Origin: a virus
Lineage: Duplodnaviria; Caudoviricetes
Virus record (IMG/VR): IMGVR_UViG_3300045911_000060
Span: 1 to 52,442 of that record
DNA length: 52,442 bases
Strand: one strand, 5' to 3'
A program made the translations under genes and the position numbers. Every line of letters begins with the position of its first letter. The stretch's first letter is position 1. The notes under the pieces were generated by a model. The model ran no database searches, had not been told where the DNA came from, and saw only the letters and a program-made list of their open reading frames with translations. Shown here piece by piece: positions 35,901 to 44,126 of the stretch.

Positions 35901-37068
35901 TCTTCAGTTTGTCGAAGGTCGGCATGACGCGGGCTTGTCCGGCGCGCTTTTCGAAAGACTCTTCTTCCTTGGCGTCTTCGGCCCGCTCCGCGCGGGCTTC
36001 GGCTGATTGTTCCAGCTTGAAAGTGCGTTCAAGGATTTCGCGGATCTTGACCAGTTCTTCCGTCTGTGCTTTGGTCACCTTCATGACCATCAGGGACGTG
36101 ACAGCACCGACGCCGGGGAGATCATTGAAAGTGTCGCGGACACTCTCCATGAAATTGGTCATGCGGCTCAACAGGCCGCTGGTCTTCTTCGTCTCTTCGG
36201 TAGATGGTGTATCCGGTGCCGCTGTGGTCGTTCCTTCGGGTTTGACTTCCGTGGGCGCACCAGTGCGGCGGAACATGGTGAGGAACGGCTGAAACGGTTT
36301 TGTGAGAACCGATTGCAGACGCTTGGACCATTCCGAAGGCGACATCAATTTGCGCATGGATTCGGCAAAGTCTTTGCCCTTATCACGCAAACGAATACCC
36401 TTGTCCAGCAAGGGTTGAATCTGTTTCTTTTGGATTTCCTGAAGAGACTCACGGATGCCCTTTAGAGGCTTCATGAGAACATCCGCGATGTTCATCCATG
36501 TGTTTCTGGCCGGGGCTGTCTCACGGGGAAGAAAGCGTCCGGTTTTTGGGTCGCGCTGAAGTGGTGCCGGGGTAGCATTCGCTACCGGCTTCATATTGGC
36601 GCGGAAAGATTCAAATGACTTGGCGATTCTCTCCCATGCGGTGAGTTCACGGGCAACAAACCGTCCGGTGATCGGATCGCGCATAGGCGTCCGGCGGGCA
36701 GTTGTCGGAGTAGCCTTTGTTGGAGTGGCCGGGGCGGAAGGCGTCGCCATCCAGTCATTCATCGTACTGATGTTCTTGGACACTGACCGAAGAAGGCCAG
36801 TCTGCATCATCAGGAAGTTTTCGGCAGTCCCGCGCACACGCGCGGCCCGGCGCGCATAGGCAACAGCCTGTGCGCCATCATCACTAGCGGATTCTCGTTT
36901 TCCGACAACGGAACGAATGCCTTGGAAGGCACCGCGCACTTGGGACTTGATGGAATTCAGCGCTTTGTTTTTCTCATCGGCACCGAACTGTGACAAAATG
37001 ATCGCGCCCGCCGGGGTGATCCCGGCGGCTTCGTTCATACCAATCACAAAGTCTTGAAACTTGGACAT
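32950..37068 (-). CDS. tape-measure/baseplate hub protein with M23 peptidase and GH73 glucosaminidase domains
   Basis: Long helical G/L/K repeats; HEGTD, YAHL, GPHLHFE; AQWATESGWG, NNVFGI, YATD. Confidence 0.85.
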   Translation of the reverse strand: MSKFQDFVIGMNEAAGITPAGAIILSQFGADEKNKALNSIKSQVRGAFQGIRSVVGKRESASDDGAQAVAYARRAARVRGTAENFLMMQTGLLRSVSKNISTMNDWMATPSAPATPTKATPTTARRTPMRDPITGRFVARELTAWERIAKSFESFRANMKPVANATPAPLQRDPKTGRFLPRETAPARNTWMNIADVLMKPLKGIRESLQEIQKKQIQPLLDKGIRLRDKGKDFAESMRKLMSPSEWSKRLQSVLTKPFQPFLTMFRRTGAPTEVKPEGTTTAAPDTPSTEETKKTSGLLSRMTNFMESVRDTFNDLPGVGAVTSLMVMKVTKAQTEELVKIREILERTFKLEQSAEARAERAEDAKEEESFEKRAGQARVMPTFDKLKKEKGGGGWFGGLMQTILGELVEGAMLRYGLGKIGNLFKKIPGVGKILSLLGRIGEFFEKIPGIGKLFRLFKGGGAAAGGVGILAKLGGIGEWLSGLTKVFSKIPGLGKLLGLGKGVLGKLAWPLTVIMGIFDFFSGWKDAGTILGKAEDQLTMMDRLGAGVGSVLGGLVGILDSVLGLFGIKTDLGGFVKKWYAKIYSTVANFLVDSIMKPFTALGEQIAKIFGFRSLQSAMDFAKFKLEKGTKFIKEAFTKMAATVSEYIDGLKKRAIEGIKSIGAAIGDFFTKTINWATEGVKNLASAIGEKFVGIGDSVAQYLGFDSMKSAYQALRDKITGVFSGIGAGVAKLLGFENFDALVDRVIALKDMILKPFTYIQEKIGGFVKGLGKIAGYLGYNDKEFADYEKKVNEDRANTARARQQKEQEAREAAQRASQSPNTPIQVPTAPASTPTAPPVAGQQYDPTLDTSRQADIPAPVRMPAAGAPPISSQAPTTEGQGAEWVRPLMSGVTSDFGMRKHPVTGQDAKMHEGTDYAGKMGDPVKAAGDGVVQLASSLRGYGNVVYLNHKNGYQTRYAHLSSFAPLSIGQEVKAGQVIGAVGNTGIGTGPHLHFEVRKGWSLANSQTKPENPEIFFRSQQETQEEDRSQRPQAVPVQRPPRDPDVMTGWKRPNPVASAISTGIGRMADTVLSKIPGGSTRPVVPPRDPSMRTPGPGAPGGGINYRPGQVPPEIAEMAVKMEKETGIPAAVTIAQWATESGWGQKSIGNNVFGITKARRHTKSQTKSTTEDITYDQLMKFNPEERASVRTLDGQPITGPWQGKMKVKMDRQFADFDTLEDAFRDHARLLSANTGPYKTAFDRYKMTGDVQGFIRDISPTYATDRNYSNVIGRIAGQRNVIDAIGSSRQALGVAPPPVTVAQAPTMGRDIMRTTAENAQMARALTQPSQGSTLNVAPVNVNQQTTSIVADLKARNTENTHKRIMDREYYRT

Positions 37069-37070
37069 TC

Positions 37071-37298
37071 TTATTCTTCATCCTGTTGCTTCTTCGGGGC
37101 GGTCGGTGGTTGATCGGGGTTTGTGTTCGCTCCCCGGACCAATCCACCGATCACTCCCAACATGAATGTCAACGCTTCCCACGCCTTCGGATTGTTTTGC
37201 AACAGGAACGGGGTCAGGAAAAGGACCAGAACCAAACAGGCAACCAGATTGCCCGCCGGACTGTTGAATCCATGTACAAAATCAACCCACCATTTCAT
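37071..37298 (-). CDS. small two-TM membrane protein
   Basis: Hydrophobic segments; lies between gp51 and the tape measure. Confidence 0.6.
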   Translation of the reverse strand: MKWWVDFVHGFNSPAGNLVACLVLVLFLTPFLLQNNPKAWEALTFMLGVIGGLVRGANTNPDQPPTAPKKQQDEE

Positions 37299-37304
37299 AG
37301 CTCT

Positions 37305-37496
37305 TTACCTACCCGTTTTTTGTCGCGCCTGTTCGGAACGCATCCGTTCTTGCTCTTCCTTGACCCAATTGTTCAACATGGTCACGTAAATGTCCCGTTC
37401 CCAAGGCATCAAGGATTCGACTTCCGTAATCGAGTATTTATGGTGCTGAGCCAAGGCGAACTGTACTTCGTAGTAGTTCGCTAGGGAATTGTGCAA
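37305..37496 (-). CDS. gp51: baseplate hub assembly protein (possibly made as a -1 frameshift extension of gp26)
   Basis: SLANYYEVQFALAQHHKYSITEVESLMPWERDIY; only a TTG start available. Confidence 0.8.
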   Translation of the reverse strand: MHNSLANYYEVQFALAQHHKYSITEVESLMPWERDIYVTMLNNWVKEEQERMRSEQARQKTGR

Positions 37497-37501
37497 CAGG
37501 A

Positions 37502-38272
37502 CTATCCGAAAAAATTCTGGATGCCTTCGATCACGATGTCTTGCTGATGACCACATGCCGGACACTCGAAATGGACGGTGTGGCGAAGACGCGGGATCGT
37601 GTCGAAGAACTTCTGAATCTCCGCAAACTGTTGCTGCGTCAACGTTTCCAACCACTTCACCATTTCGGCTTGGTTGAACTCCGTGATGACTTGATCCGCG
37701 TCGAAGACAGATTCGATACATGCCGCGATCAAATCGAGTGCCTGACCAACATCTTCCGTGTTCCGGCCTTCGGCTTGCAATTTGCGGGCCAATGTCAGAT
37801 TGGGATACCGCATGGTCAATCCGACTTCATCCGTCAGTTTGACCTGAGTGGTGTGATTCGGGTCCTTATCCACTTTCACTTCGTCCAGATGCACTTTGAT
37901 CGGGACGTTGGTGCCGCACGGACGATTGACGACTTGTGTTTCGCCGGTGTGTTCGTCGCGAATGGTCTTGGGAATCTCCCGCTGACACTGGTACCGCATT
38001 TCGACGATTTCGCCGATGGACTTCGAACGGATCTTCAGGAAGATGTATTCGATGTCGAACATAGACAGCTTGCTGAGATCAACAGTGCCGATCAGACACG
38101 ACTTGATGATGTCTTCAACCGCGCGGATGACTTGTTTTTCATCTTCGCTTTGCATCGCCATCAAGAGGATCTTTTCTTCCCGGACTAGGAATGGACGGAA
38201 TGCCGCCCGCTGGCCGGAAGACGGAATGGTCAATTCGTATTCCGGCGTTTTCAGTAATGGAAGGTTGCTCAT
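37502..38272 (-). CDS. gp26: baseplate hub subunit
   Basis: LPLLKTPEYELTIPS, FRPFLVREEKILL, FDIEYIFLKIRSKSIGE, EGIQNFF. Confidence 0.9.
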   Translation of the reverse strand: MSNLPLLKTPEYELTIPSSGQRAAFRPFLVREEKILLMAMQSEDEKQVIRAVEDIIKSCLIGTVDLSKLSMFDIEYIFLKIRSKSIGEIVEMRYQCQREIPKTIRDEHTGETQVVNRPCGTNVPIKVHLDEVKVDKDPNHTTQVKLTDEVGLTMRYPNLTLARKLQAEGRNTEDVGQALDLIAACIESVFDADQVITEFNQAEMVKWLETLTQQQFAEIQKFFDTIPRLRHTVHFECPACGHQQDIVIEGIQNFFG

Positions 38273-38303
38273 CAGCAATTATTTAGTAGGCAAATCGGGA
38301 AGA

Positions 38304-39179
38304 TTATCGCGGTTGCTGTTGTTGTTGTTGTGCCGCGCGGCGTTGTGCTGGCGTAATCACTGTGTCGCGGAACCGTTCCCGGTTGCCGCGTCCAGTATCA
38401 TTGTTGACACTGAGAGTGCGTTCGTCCAGATCAACGGTGAGCACGCGCTTGTAGGTGAAGGTGACTGATACGCGGTGGATTTCGTTTTGGGTGTCCCAAT
38501 TCAGATCCATCTGATTGATTGAAATGGGGAAGGCTTCCAATAGCGTACAGGTGTAGGTGTCCTGATCGTTCAGATCCATCTGAGTGATCGTGATGCTGGT
38601 GGAGAATTCGCCGATGTAGTTGAAATCCTGTGTCTGTGGGTCCATGATGGAATGCATCCATCCTTCGAAGAACCACCGTTCAAACATGTCGTCTCCGACG
38701 TAGAACTCCAGATCGATATCGTTGTATTGCGGCATGTACGGGACTTTGAACTGCGAACCGTAGATGCGGTTGTCGTCGGTCTGATATGACACACCGGGGA
38801 TTTCTGCATTGAAGCAATAGAACATCAACCGGGAACCGGTTTCGATAGCATCTTTCGCGCCGAACCACTGTGCCCAATTCTGGTCGTATCCCGGCGGGCC
38901 GATGGTCTGGTCCAGATTTTGAAACAGATTGAGCGTGGCAATTTCCACCCGGAACCGATTGGGCCGGGCGAAGACATTGCTGGCAAACATTGTCGCGGTG
39001 AAGTTGGTGATGTTTGCGTAGTTCGGATGATCCAGAACCAGTCGCGGCGCATTGTTGACGAACGCTTCAAAATTCGACACCCGTTGAGGAATCGAACTGA
39101 TCGCAATCGGTTGAAACGGCGGCAACGGCGGGAGATTGAGACGTGGAATGTCCCCGACGCGCGGTAGTGTAAAAGACAT
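38304..39179 (-). CDS. baseplate tail-tube initiator / tail tube-like protein (gp54-like)
   Basis: ARPNRFRVEI, AEIPG, FFEGWM, LLEAFPISI, VTFTYK. Confidence 0.75.
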   Translation of the reverse strand: MSFTLPRVGDIPRLNLPPLPPFQPIAISSIPQRVSNFEAFVNNAPRLVLDHPNYANITNFTATMFASNVFARPNRFRVEIATLNLFQNLDQTIGPPGYDQNWAQWFGAKDAIETGSRLMFYCFNAEIPGVSYQTDDNRIYGSQFKVPYMPQYNDIDLEFYVGDDMFERWFFEGWMHSIMDPQTQDFNYIGEFSTSITITQMDLNDQDTYTCTLLEAFPISINQMDLNWDTQNEIHRVSVTFTYKRVLTVDLDERTLSVNNDTGRGNRERFRDTVITPAQRRAAQQQQQQPR

Positions 39180-39182
39180 ATT

Positions 39183-40346
39183 CTATTTCCTCTTCTTGGT
39201 GAATGTGCGGATCTTGCGACGGGATTCCGCCCACACATAATCCGCACTCTGTTTCTGGAACATTTCCACCGGCAAGAACAGAGCGATTTCCCACTCCGAT
39301 GGATGGACGCGCAAGAACTGCGAACGGACGTGGCTGGATAGATACCGCTTCACGCATGGTCGCACTTCGGGGAATTTGGCAACGGACGCCAGCAGAGCAT
39401 AGCTCAACTTCAACTTGGTGGAGTCGTCATACCGGTCGTTATTCTTGAACTGCATCAACTTGTCGAACAGTCTCAAACGAAGCGTCCGGTCCAAGTAGTG
39501 TAGGTTGATCCCAAGGAATCCATCGTCGTAGAGTTCCAGCGGGAAGATGAGCGGAAAACGATCCCAATACGGAAGCGTCTTCTTGTGCTTGGCGTCGTAG
39601 AAGAAGAAAAACATGTTGCCGATCAACACATCGGCCAATGTCTCTCCGTTGTTCACCAACCCTTTGCGGCTTGGTGTCCGCATGTTGGTCAGCGTTTGTT
39701 TCATCCACGCGCGGGCCTTCTTTGTCAGCAACGGGATACCTTCCCGGCGCATGCGGTTTTTCACCTTGTCGAAGAACGTCAGCGGACGATCTTCGGTCGG
39801 ATAGATGCGCGGGTGAAGATCCGGTACACTGGTCTTCTTGGTCTTTGCCTTGGCGATATCCGCCGCCGGACTTGGCTTCGCCGGGACTGGCGCGACTGGC
39901 TTCGGCTTAGGTTTCGTCTTCGGCGGCGCGACATGCATGGTCGCCGCCTTCTTCGCCTTGGATTTGACAATGGCACGAACGTCGTCTTTCGGTGTCGGTG
40001 GGGTTGTCTTGGGCGGCTCCGGTGGCGGTGGCGGCGGCGGGGTCGCCTTGGGCCGTGTGGTCGCTTTCGGTGCCGGTGGAACCTTCGCCTTTTCCTGTCC
40101 CGGTGTCTTCTTGGCGAAAGACTTGACGATCTTCTGAATGTCCTTCAGGACATCGGCGCGGGAAACCTTCTTCGGTGCCGGTTCAAGATACTTCTTGACA
40201 ATTGCGCGCACGTCATCCGGCGTACCCTTCGGAAGACGGATCTTAGGCGCGGGTTCGGGCTTCACAGACACGTTCGCCTTCGGCGTAGACTTCTTCGCCT
40301 TGGCTTTGACAATCTGTGTGATGTCGCTACTCGGTTTACGCGGCAT
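39183..40346 (-). CDS. gp2: DNA end protector with long Pro/Lys-rich N-terminal extension
   Basis: FFYDAKHKKTLPYWDRFPLI, GINLHYL, CVKRYL, ALFLP...F. Confidence 0.9.
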   Translation of the reverse strand: MPRKPSSDITQIVKAKAKKSTPKANVSVKPEPAPKIRLPKGTPDDVRAIVKKYLEPAPKKVSRADVLKDIQKIVKSFAKKTPGQEKAKVPPAPKATTRPKATPPPPPPPEPPKTTPPTPKDDVRAIVKSKAKKAATMHVAPPKTKPKPKPVAPVPAKPSPAADIAKAKTKKTSVPDLHPRIYPTEDRPLTFFDKVKNRMRREGIPLLTKKARAWMKQTLTNMRTPSRKGLVNNGETLADVLIGNMFFFFYDAKHKKTLPYWDRFPLIFPLELYDDGFLGINLHYLDRTLRLRLFDKLMQFKNNDRYDDSTKLKLSYALLASVAKFPEVRPCVKRYLSSHVRSQFLRVHPSEWEIALFLPVEMFQKQSADYVWAESRRKIRTFTKKRK

Positions 40347-40347
40347 C

Positions 40348-40788
40348 CTAGTATCGCAACTCCCGGTCGGTCATCACTGTGAATTCCCAACCCTGTTTCT
40401 TACAAAACTCTTTGGCGGCGTTCCATTTCGCTTGATTGACAGCGTAGGTCGCCATTTCGCTCAAGTACCGGGCACTCTGTTTGCGTGTCTTTGGTTGCTT
40501 CGGCGGGAAGCACTGGTCGTAGGGTTTGACTTCGATCAGATAGGTTTTGATTTGCCCATCCTGTCGCTTCACCTGTGCCACCATGTCTACGAAATACCGA
40601 TGGACCCTGTTGTCGGTCGGCTTGACATACGGCACGACCACTTCTTCAGAGTTCCAATGCAACACATCCGGGTGAGCATCCAGATGTTTCATCAGCCGGT
40701 ATTCCAGCGATGAGCGGTAGTAGATGGCGTTTACGTCGCCAACGTATTTGCCCGGATTCTTGGGTCGAAACTGTCCTTGCCACGGCAC
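40348..40788 (-). CDS. gp4: head completion nuclease
   Basis: PKNPGKYVGD, YRSSLE, WNSEE, HRYFVD, IEVKP, NQAKW. Confidence 0.93.
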   Translation of the reverse strand: MPWQGQFRPKNPGKYVGDVNAIYYRSSLEYRLMKHLDAHPDVLHWNSEEVVVPYVKPTDNRVHRYFVDMVAQVKRQDGQIKTYLIEVKPYDQCFPPKQPKTRKQSARYLSEMATYAVNQAKWNAAKEFCKKQGWEFTVMTDRELRY

Positions 40789-40837
40789 ATAGGTTATTTA
40801 TGGGCGGTTCCGGGGTGGTGGGTAAATACCAGAAGCG

Positions 40838-41392
40838 ATGCCGACTCCATTCTTTTCAACGATTCCGTTCATCCAGTACGACATGCTGGACGACAACAAC
40901 CTTCAGGCGGCGGTGAACATCCTTCAGCGGGTCAAAATCCGTGATGTCATCAAGACTGAAATGCTGGAAATGTATGAGTACTCCGTCAAAGACGGTGAGC
41001 GTATCGAAGACATCGCCCATCGCTATTACGGTTGGACGGGGTACCACTGGATCGTGTTGCTGGCAAACGACATCATCAACCCATACACCGACTGGCCGCT
41101 GTCCTACGAAGACTTCATCGCCTACATCAAGGCGCAATATACGACACCGGAGCTAGATGGTTTGATCTACGCATATCAGACACTTCATCATTACGAAGAC
41201 ATCCACGGAGTTCAGATCGATTACGACACCTATGTACGCACACCGGCGAATGAACGGAAACGGGTGACGCTATATGATTTCTTGGTAGCAGAGAACGACG
41301 CAAAGCGGAACATCCGTCTGATTGACAAGAAGCACACATCGATGCTCGAAGATCAGTTGGTCCGGCTCATGAAGGAAAACAAGTTGGTGTAA
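40838..41392 (+). CDS. gp53: baseplate wedge protein
   Basis: DGERIEDIAHRYYG, HWIVLLANDIINP, DWPL, HHYE, ENDAKRNI. Confidence 0.9.
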   Translation: MPTPFFSTIPFIQYDMLDDNNLQAAVNILQRVKIRDVIKTEMLEMYEYSVKDGERIEDIAHRYYGWTGYHWIVLLANDIINPYTDWPLSYEDFIAYIKAQYTTPELDGLIYAYQTLHHYEDIHGVQIDYDTYVRTPANERKRVTLYDFLVAENDAKRNIRLIDKKHTSMLEDQLVRLMKENKLV

Positions 41393-41393
41393 G

Positions 41394-42626
41394 ATGGCCG
41401 ATTTTCCGAAGGATTATAATCTCAAAGAATTGACCCTGACGCTTTGCACGGGTGAGATTTGGGACATTCGCTACATCTACCATGAACTGAACATCTTCGA
41501 AGACATCTGGTCCCCGACGATGAGTGGGTCCGTGCTCATTTCAGACACACAGAACCGGCTGGCAAACTTTCCGATCTTCGGTTTTGAAACTCTGACTATC
41601 GGGCTGGAAACGCCCGGCAAAGGACTCCTGTCCAAAACCTTCCGCGTTTACAGCGCAACCGACCGGCACCTTGGCAAAGACCGGAACCTTGCCTACATCC
41701 TCAACTTCTGTGCCGATGAAGCATGGAAAAATTACAAGGTCCGCGTCAGCAAGTCATACAAGAGCAAACAGATCCATGAGATCGTGGCGGACTTGCATAA
41801 CACTTGGTTGGGCGGCGGCACTATTGAGATTGAGCCGTCGAAGTATATCCACCACATCATCATCCCGAACCTTCACCCGATCCAAGGGATTCAATGGTTG
41901 TCCACCCGTGCCAATCCGTCCAGCTACAACGGCGCGAACTATCTCTACTACCAGACCTTCGACAAGTTCTATTGGATTCCCATCGAAAAATGTCTGGAAA
42001 AGGGGCCGGTGCAAGACATCATCTATCAACCGGCCAACGTCCGGCAATCCGGCACCCACCATGCGCGCACCATCAATCAAGATTTGGAAGCGATTCAAGC
42101 CTACACGGTGGACTTCTACAGCGACGTTCGGGAGAACCAAGAGCAAGGTATGTACGCTTCCGAACTCATCACACACAGTCACGTGCGGAAGAAGTGGGAA
42201 CGCTTCACGTGGGACTACGTGGGGAATTTCGACAAACACAAGCATCTGTATCCGGGCAACAAGTTGTACTCGAATTCCCGGCAAGACTTGCACAACAAGG
42301 CCAACAAATTCAAGATGTACAGTACCGGCGTCGCGCCGTTCTTGAACCAAGTGGACCGATGGTTGCTGGATCGTGTGTCACAATTACAACAGCTACAGAA
42401 CATCAAGCTGAGCGTGAGTGTCCCCGGCAACAGCAACTTGAAAGTTGGCGATGTCGTCAAGTTTGAAATGCCTTCGCCGGAACCGCCGCAAAACAATCAG
42501 CAGATGGTTGATAAACACTATCGCGGCAAGTTTTTGATTTCAGGCATTCGTCACAAGGTTGACCAAAAGCAATATGTGACGGTGCTCGAACTGGTCAAGG
42601 ACTCCGTATTTGAGGCGTACCCATAA
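41394..42626 (+). CDS. baseplate hub protein (gp27-like)
   Basis: IFEDI...GSVLISD, VSKSY, VPGNSNLKVGDVV, GKFLISGIRH. Confidence 0.75.
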   Translation: MADFPKDYNLKELTLTLCTGEIWDIRYIYHELNIFEDIWSPTMSGSVLISDTQNRLANFPIFGFETLTIGLETPGKGLLSKTFRVYSATDRHLGKDRNLAYILNFCADEAWKNYKVRVSKSYKSKQIHEIVADLHNTWLGGGTIEIEPSKYIHHIIIPNLHPIQGIQWLSTRANPSSYNGANYLYYQTFDKFYWIPIEKCLEKGPVQDIIYQPANVRQSGTHHARTINQDLEAIQAYTVDFYSDVRENQEQGMYASELITHSHVRKKWERFTWDYVGNFDKHKHLYPGNKLYSNSRQDLHNKANKFKMYSTGVAPFLNQVDRWLLDRVSQLQQLQNIKLSVSVPGNSNLKVGDVVKFEMPSPEPPQNNQQMVDKHYRGKFLISGIRHKVDQKQYVTVLELVKDSVFEAYP

Positions 42627-43081
42627 TGGATTCCATCATTCCCGGCAAGCTATTTCTAGGTGATCTTGCCGATGCGCTTGACCCGAAATTAGGAGAGAGC
42701 ATCGACCGTGCGGTCGCTGTGTGTAACGAATACGAAATCAAACATCAGTGTGCGGATAGCTGGCAAGTCGGCTTTTTCGACGGACAGTCAGTTGACAACA
42801 AAGTCATCCATCGGGCGGTGTCGCTGATTCATGATGGCATTCATGCCGGACAGCGTGTGTTGATTCACTGTGCCGCCGGGATCAGCCGGTCGCCGATGAT
42901 TACCGCTTGCTATTTGGTCAAGGCCGGACACTTCGCCAATTACGACGCCGCGCTCAGCTACATTGCCACCCGCCGTCCAAAGATTGATCCGGCGGGCGCG
43001 ATCTATCGTTCCGGCAAATCCTATTGTGCGACCGGCTTGCGGTTGTCGGAAAAGCCCGAACCCATCATCGTGATACCATAA
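42626..43081 (+). CDS. dual-specificity phosphatase
   Basis: HCAAGISRS active-site motif. Confidence 0.9.
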   Translation: MDSIIPGKLFLGDLADALDPKLGESIDRAVAVCNEYEIKHQCADSWQVGFFDGQSVDNKVIHRAVSLIHDGIHAGQRVLIHCAAGISRSPMITACYLVKAGHFANYDAALSYIATRRPKIDPAGAIYRSGKSYCATGLRLSEKPEPIIVIP

Positions 43082-43085
43082 CGGC

Positions 43086-43364
43086 ATGTGCCAAGCATAC
43101 GCCGCTGAAGCCGCTTACATTCGAAGTGGAGAAGAATGGGCAGCGAAAAAAGGATTCGCCGCCCACCGGGATAATCTTCCGATCACAGAAAATCCCCACA
43201 TGAGCGGGTACTACAAAGAGGCGTGGGATCACGGCTGGAACTGTCGAAAGGAAGGTATCGTGCCGTGGGCGATTACGTCCCTCTTCCGGGAGAAACAGGA
43301 AGAGAAAACCGGCAAGTCTTGCTACGAAAATCCCACCATTGAACAGGCAGACGCGCTGGTATAA
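43086..43364 (+). CDS. RMF-like small protein
   Basis: AAKKGFAA...NPH...EAWDHGW pattern. Confidence 0.5.
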   Translation: MCQAYAAEAAYIRSGEEWAAKKGFAAHRDNLPITENPHMSGYYKEAWDHGWNCRKEGIVPWAITSLFREKQEEKTGKSCYENPTIEQADALV

Positions 43365-43372
43365 ACAAGACT

Positions 43373-43786
43373 ATGAAACGCCGCAATTTCATCCATGCCC
43401 TGAGTGGTCTTCCTTTCGTGGGAATGCTGGCCGCTTCGACTGTCGAAACGATCATCTATGTCCATGATCTAACGCTGACCCGTCAAAAGGTCGCTGTGTT
43501 CGATCTGGACGGAAAGACCTACGGTCTGAAGATGACGGAAGAGTACATCGAAGCGGTACGCGAATGTCACGGCACCGATCCGATTGAGTTGTTGCGGGAA
43601 TTTGTTTCAACCTGTACCGAATGGACTGTCACGCGCGGCGCGACCCGTATTGAATCCCGGATCGGGCGTATCCCGGAGTATGAAGAAGCGTCGTGTCTCT
43701 TTGTCAAGGAATACAAGACCCCCGACGTGCCGGAATATCGCGTGTCGTTCCGCGCCGGGGATCACGGTCTGTTTTGGCGGCTCTAG
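43373..43786 (+). CDS. protein with twin-arginine-like leader; possible capsid-protein-like segment
   Basis: MKRRNFIHALSGLPFVG; TEEYIEAVRECHGTDPIELL. Confidence 0.55.
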   Translation: MKRRNFIHALSGLPFVGMLAASTVETIIYVHDLTLTRQKVAVFDLDGKTYGLKMTEEYIEAVRECHGTDPIELLREFVSTCTEWTVTRGATRIESRIGRIPEYEEASCLFVKEYKTPDVPEYRVSFRAGDHGLFWRL

Positions 43787-43801
43787 TCTCTAAATAGGCG
43801 T

Positions 43802-44089
43802 GTGACTACTGTTGACGCCAACACCATCGACGCCGCGATCAAAGCATCGAAACTTCCCGTACTGCTAGTGTTCTTCATGCCGGGTAGCGTGCTCAGCGCC
43901 CGCATGGTGAAACGAGTTGGGGAATTGGACCCGACGAAGATCACCGTGCTCTTGGTGGATGTCAATGCTTCATCGGATCTGGTCCGCCGATTCTCCATTC
44001 GCAAAGTTCCGCATCTGTTGAAGATTGACGCGACTGGAAATCTGATCGCCGCCGGGGATGTATTGAGCGAAGTGATCGTCGCCGAATAG
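43802..44089 (+). CDS. thioredoxin-fold protein lacking CxxC
   Basis: PVLLVFFMPGSVLS, VDVNASSDLVRRFSIRKVP. Confidence 0.7.
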   Translation: MTTVDANTIDAAIKASKLPVLLVFFMPGSVLSARMVKRVGELDPTKITVLLVDVNASSDLVRRFSIRKVPHLLKIDATGNLIAAGDVLSEVIVAE

Positions 44090-44126
44090 CCAATTAGTAG
44101 TCCATTTGGCCCGCTAAGTAGCCATT

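Noticed and set aside
37497-37721. 138-aa version of gp51 from the ORF track
   Set aside because: The N-terminal part overlaps gp26 out of frame and lacks gp51 similarity
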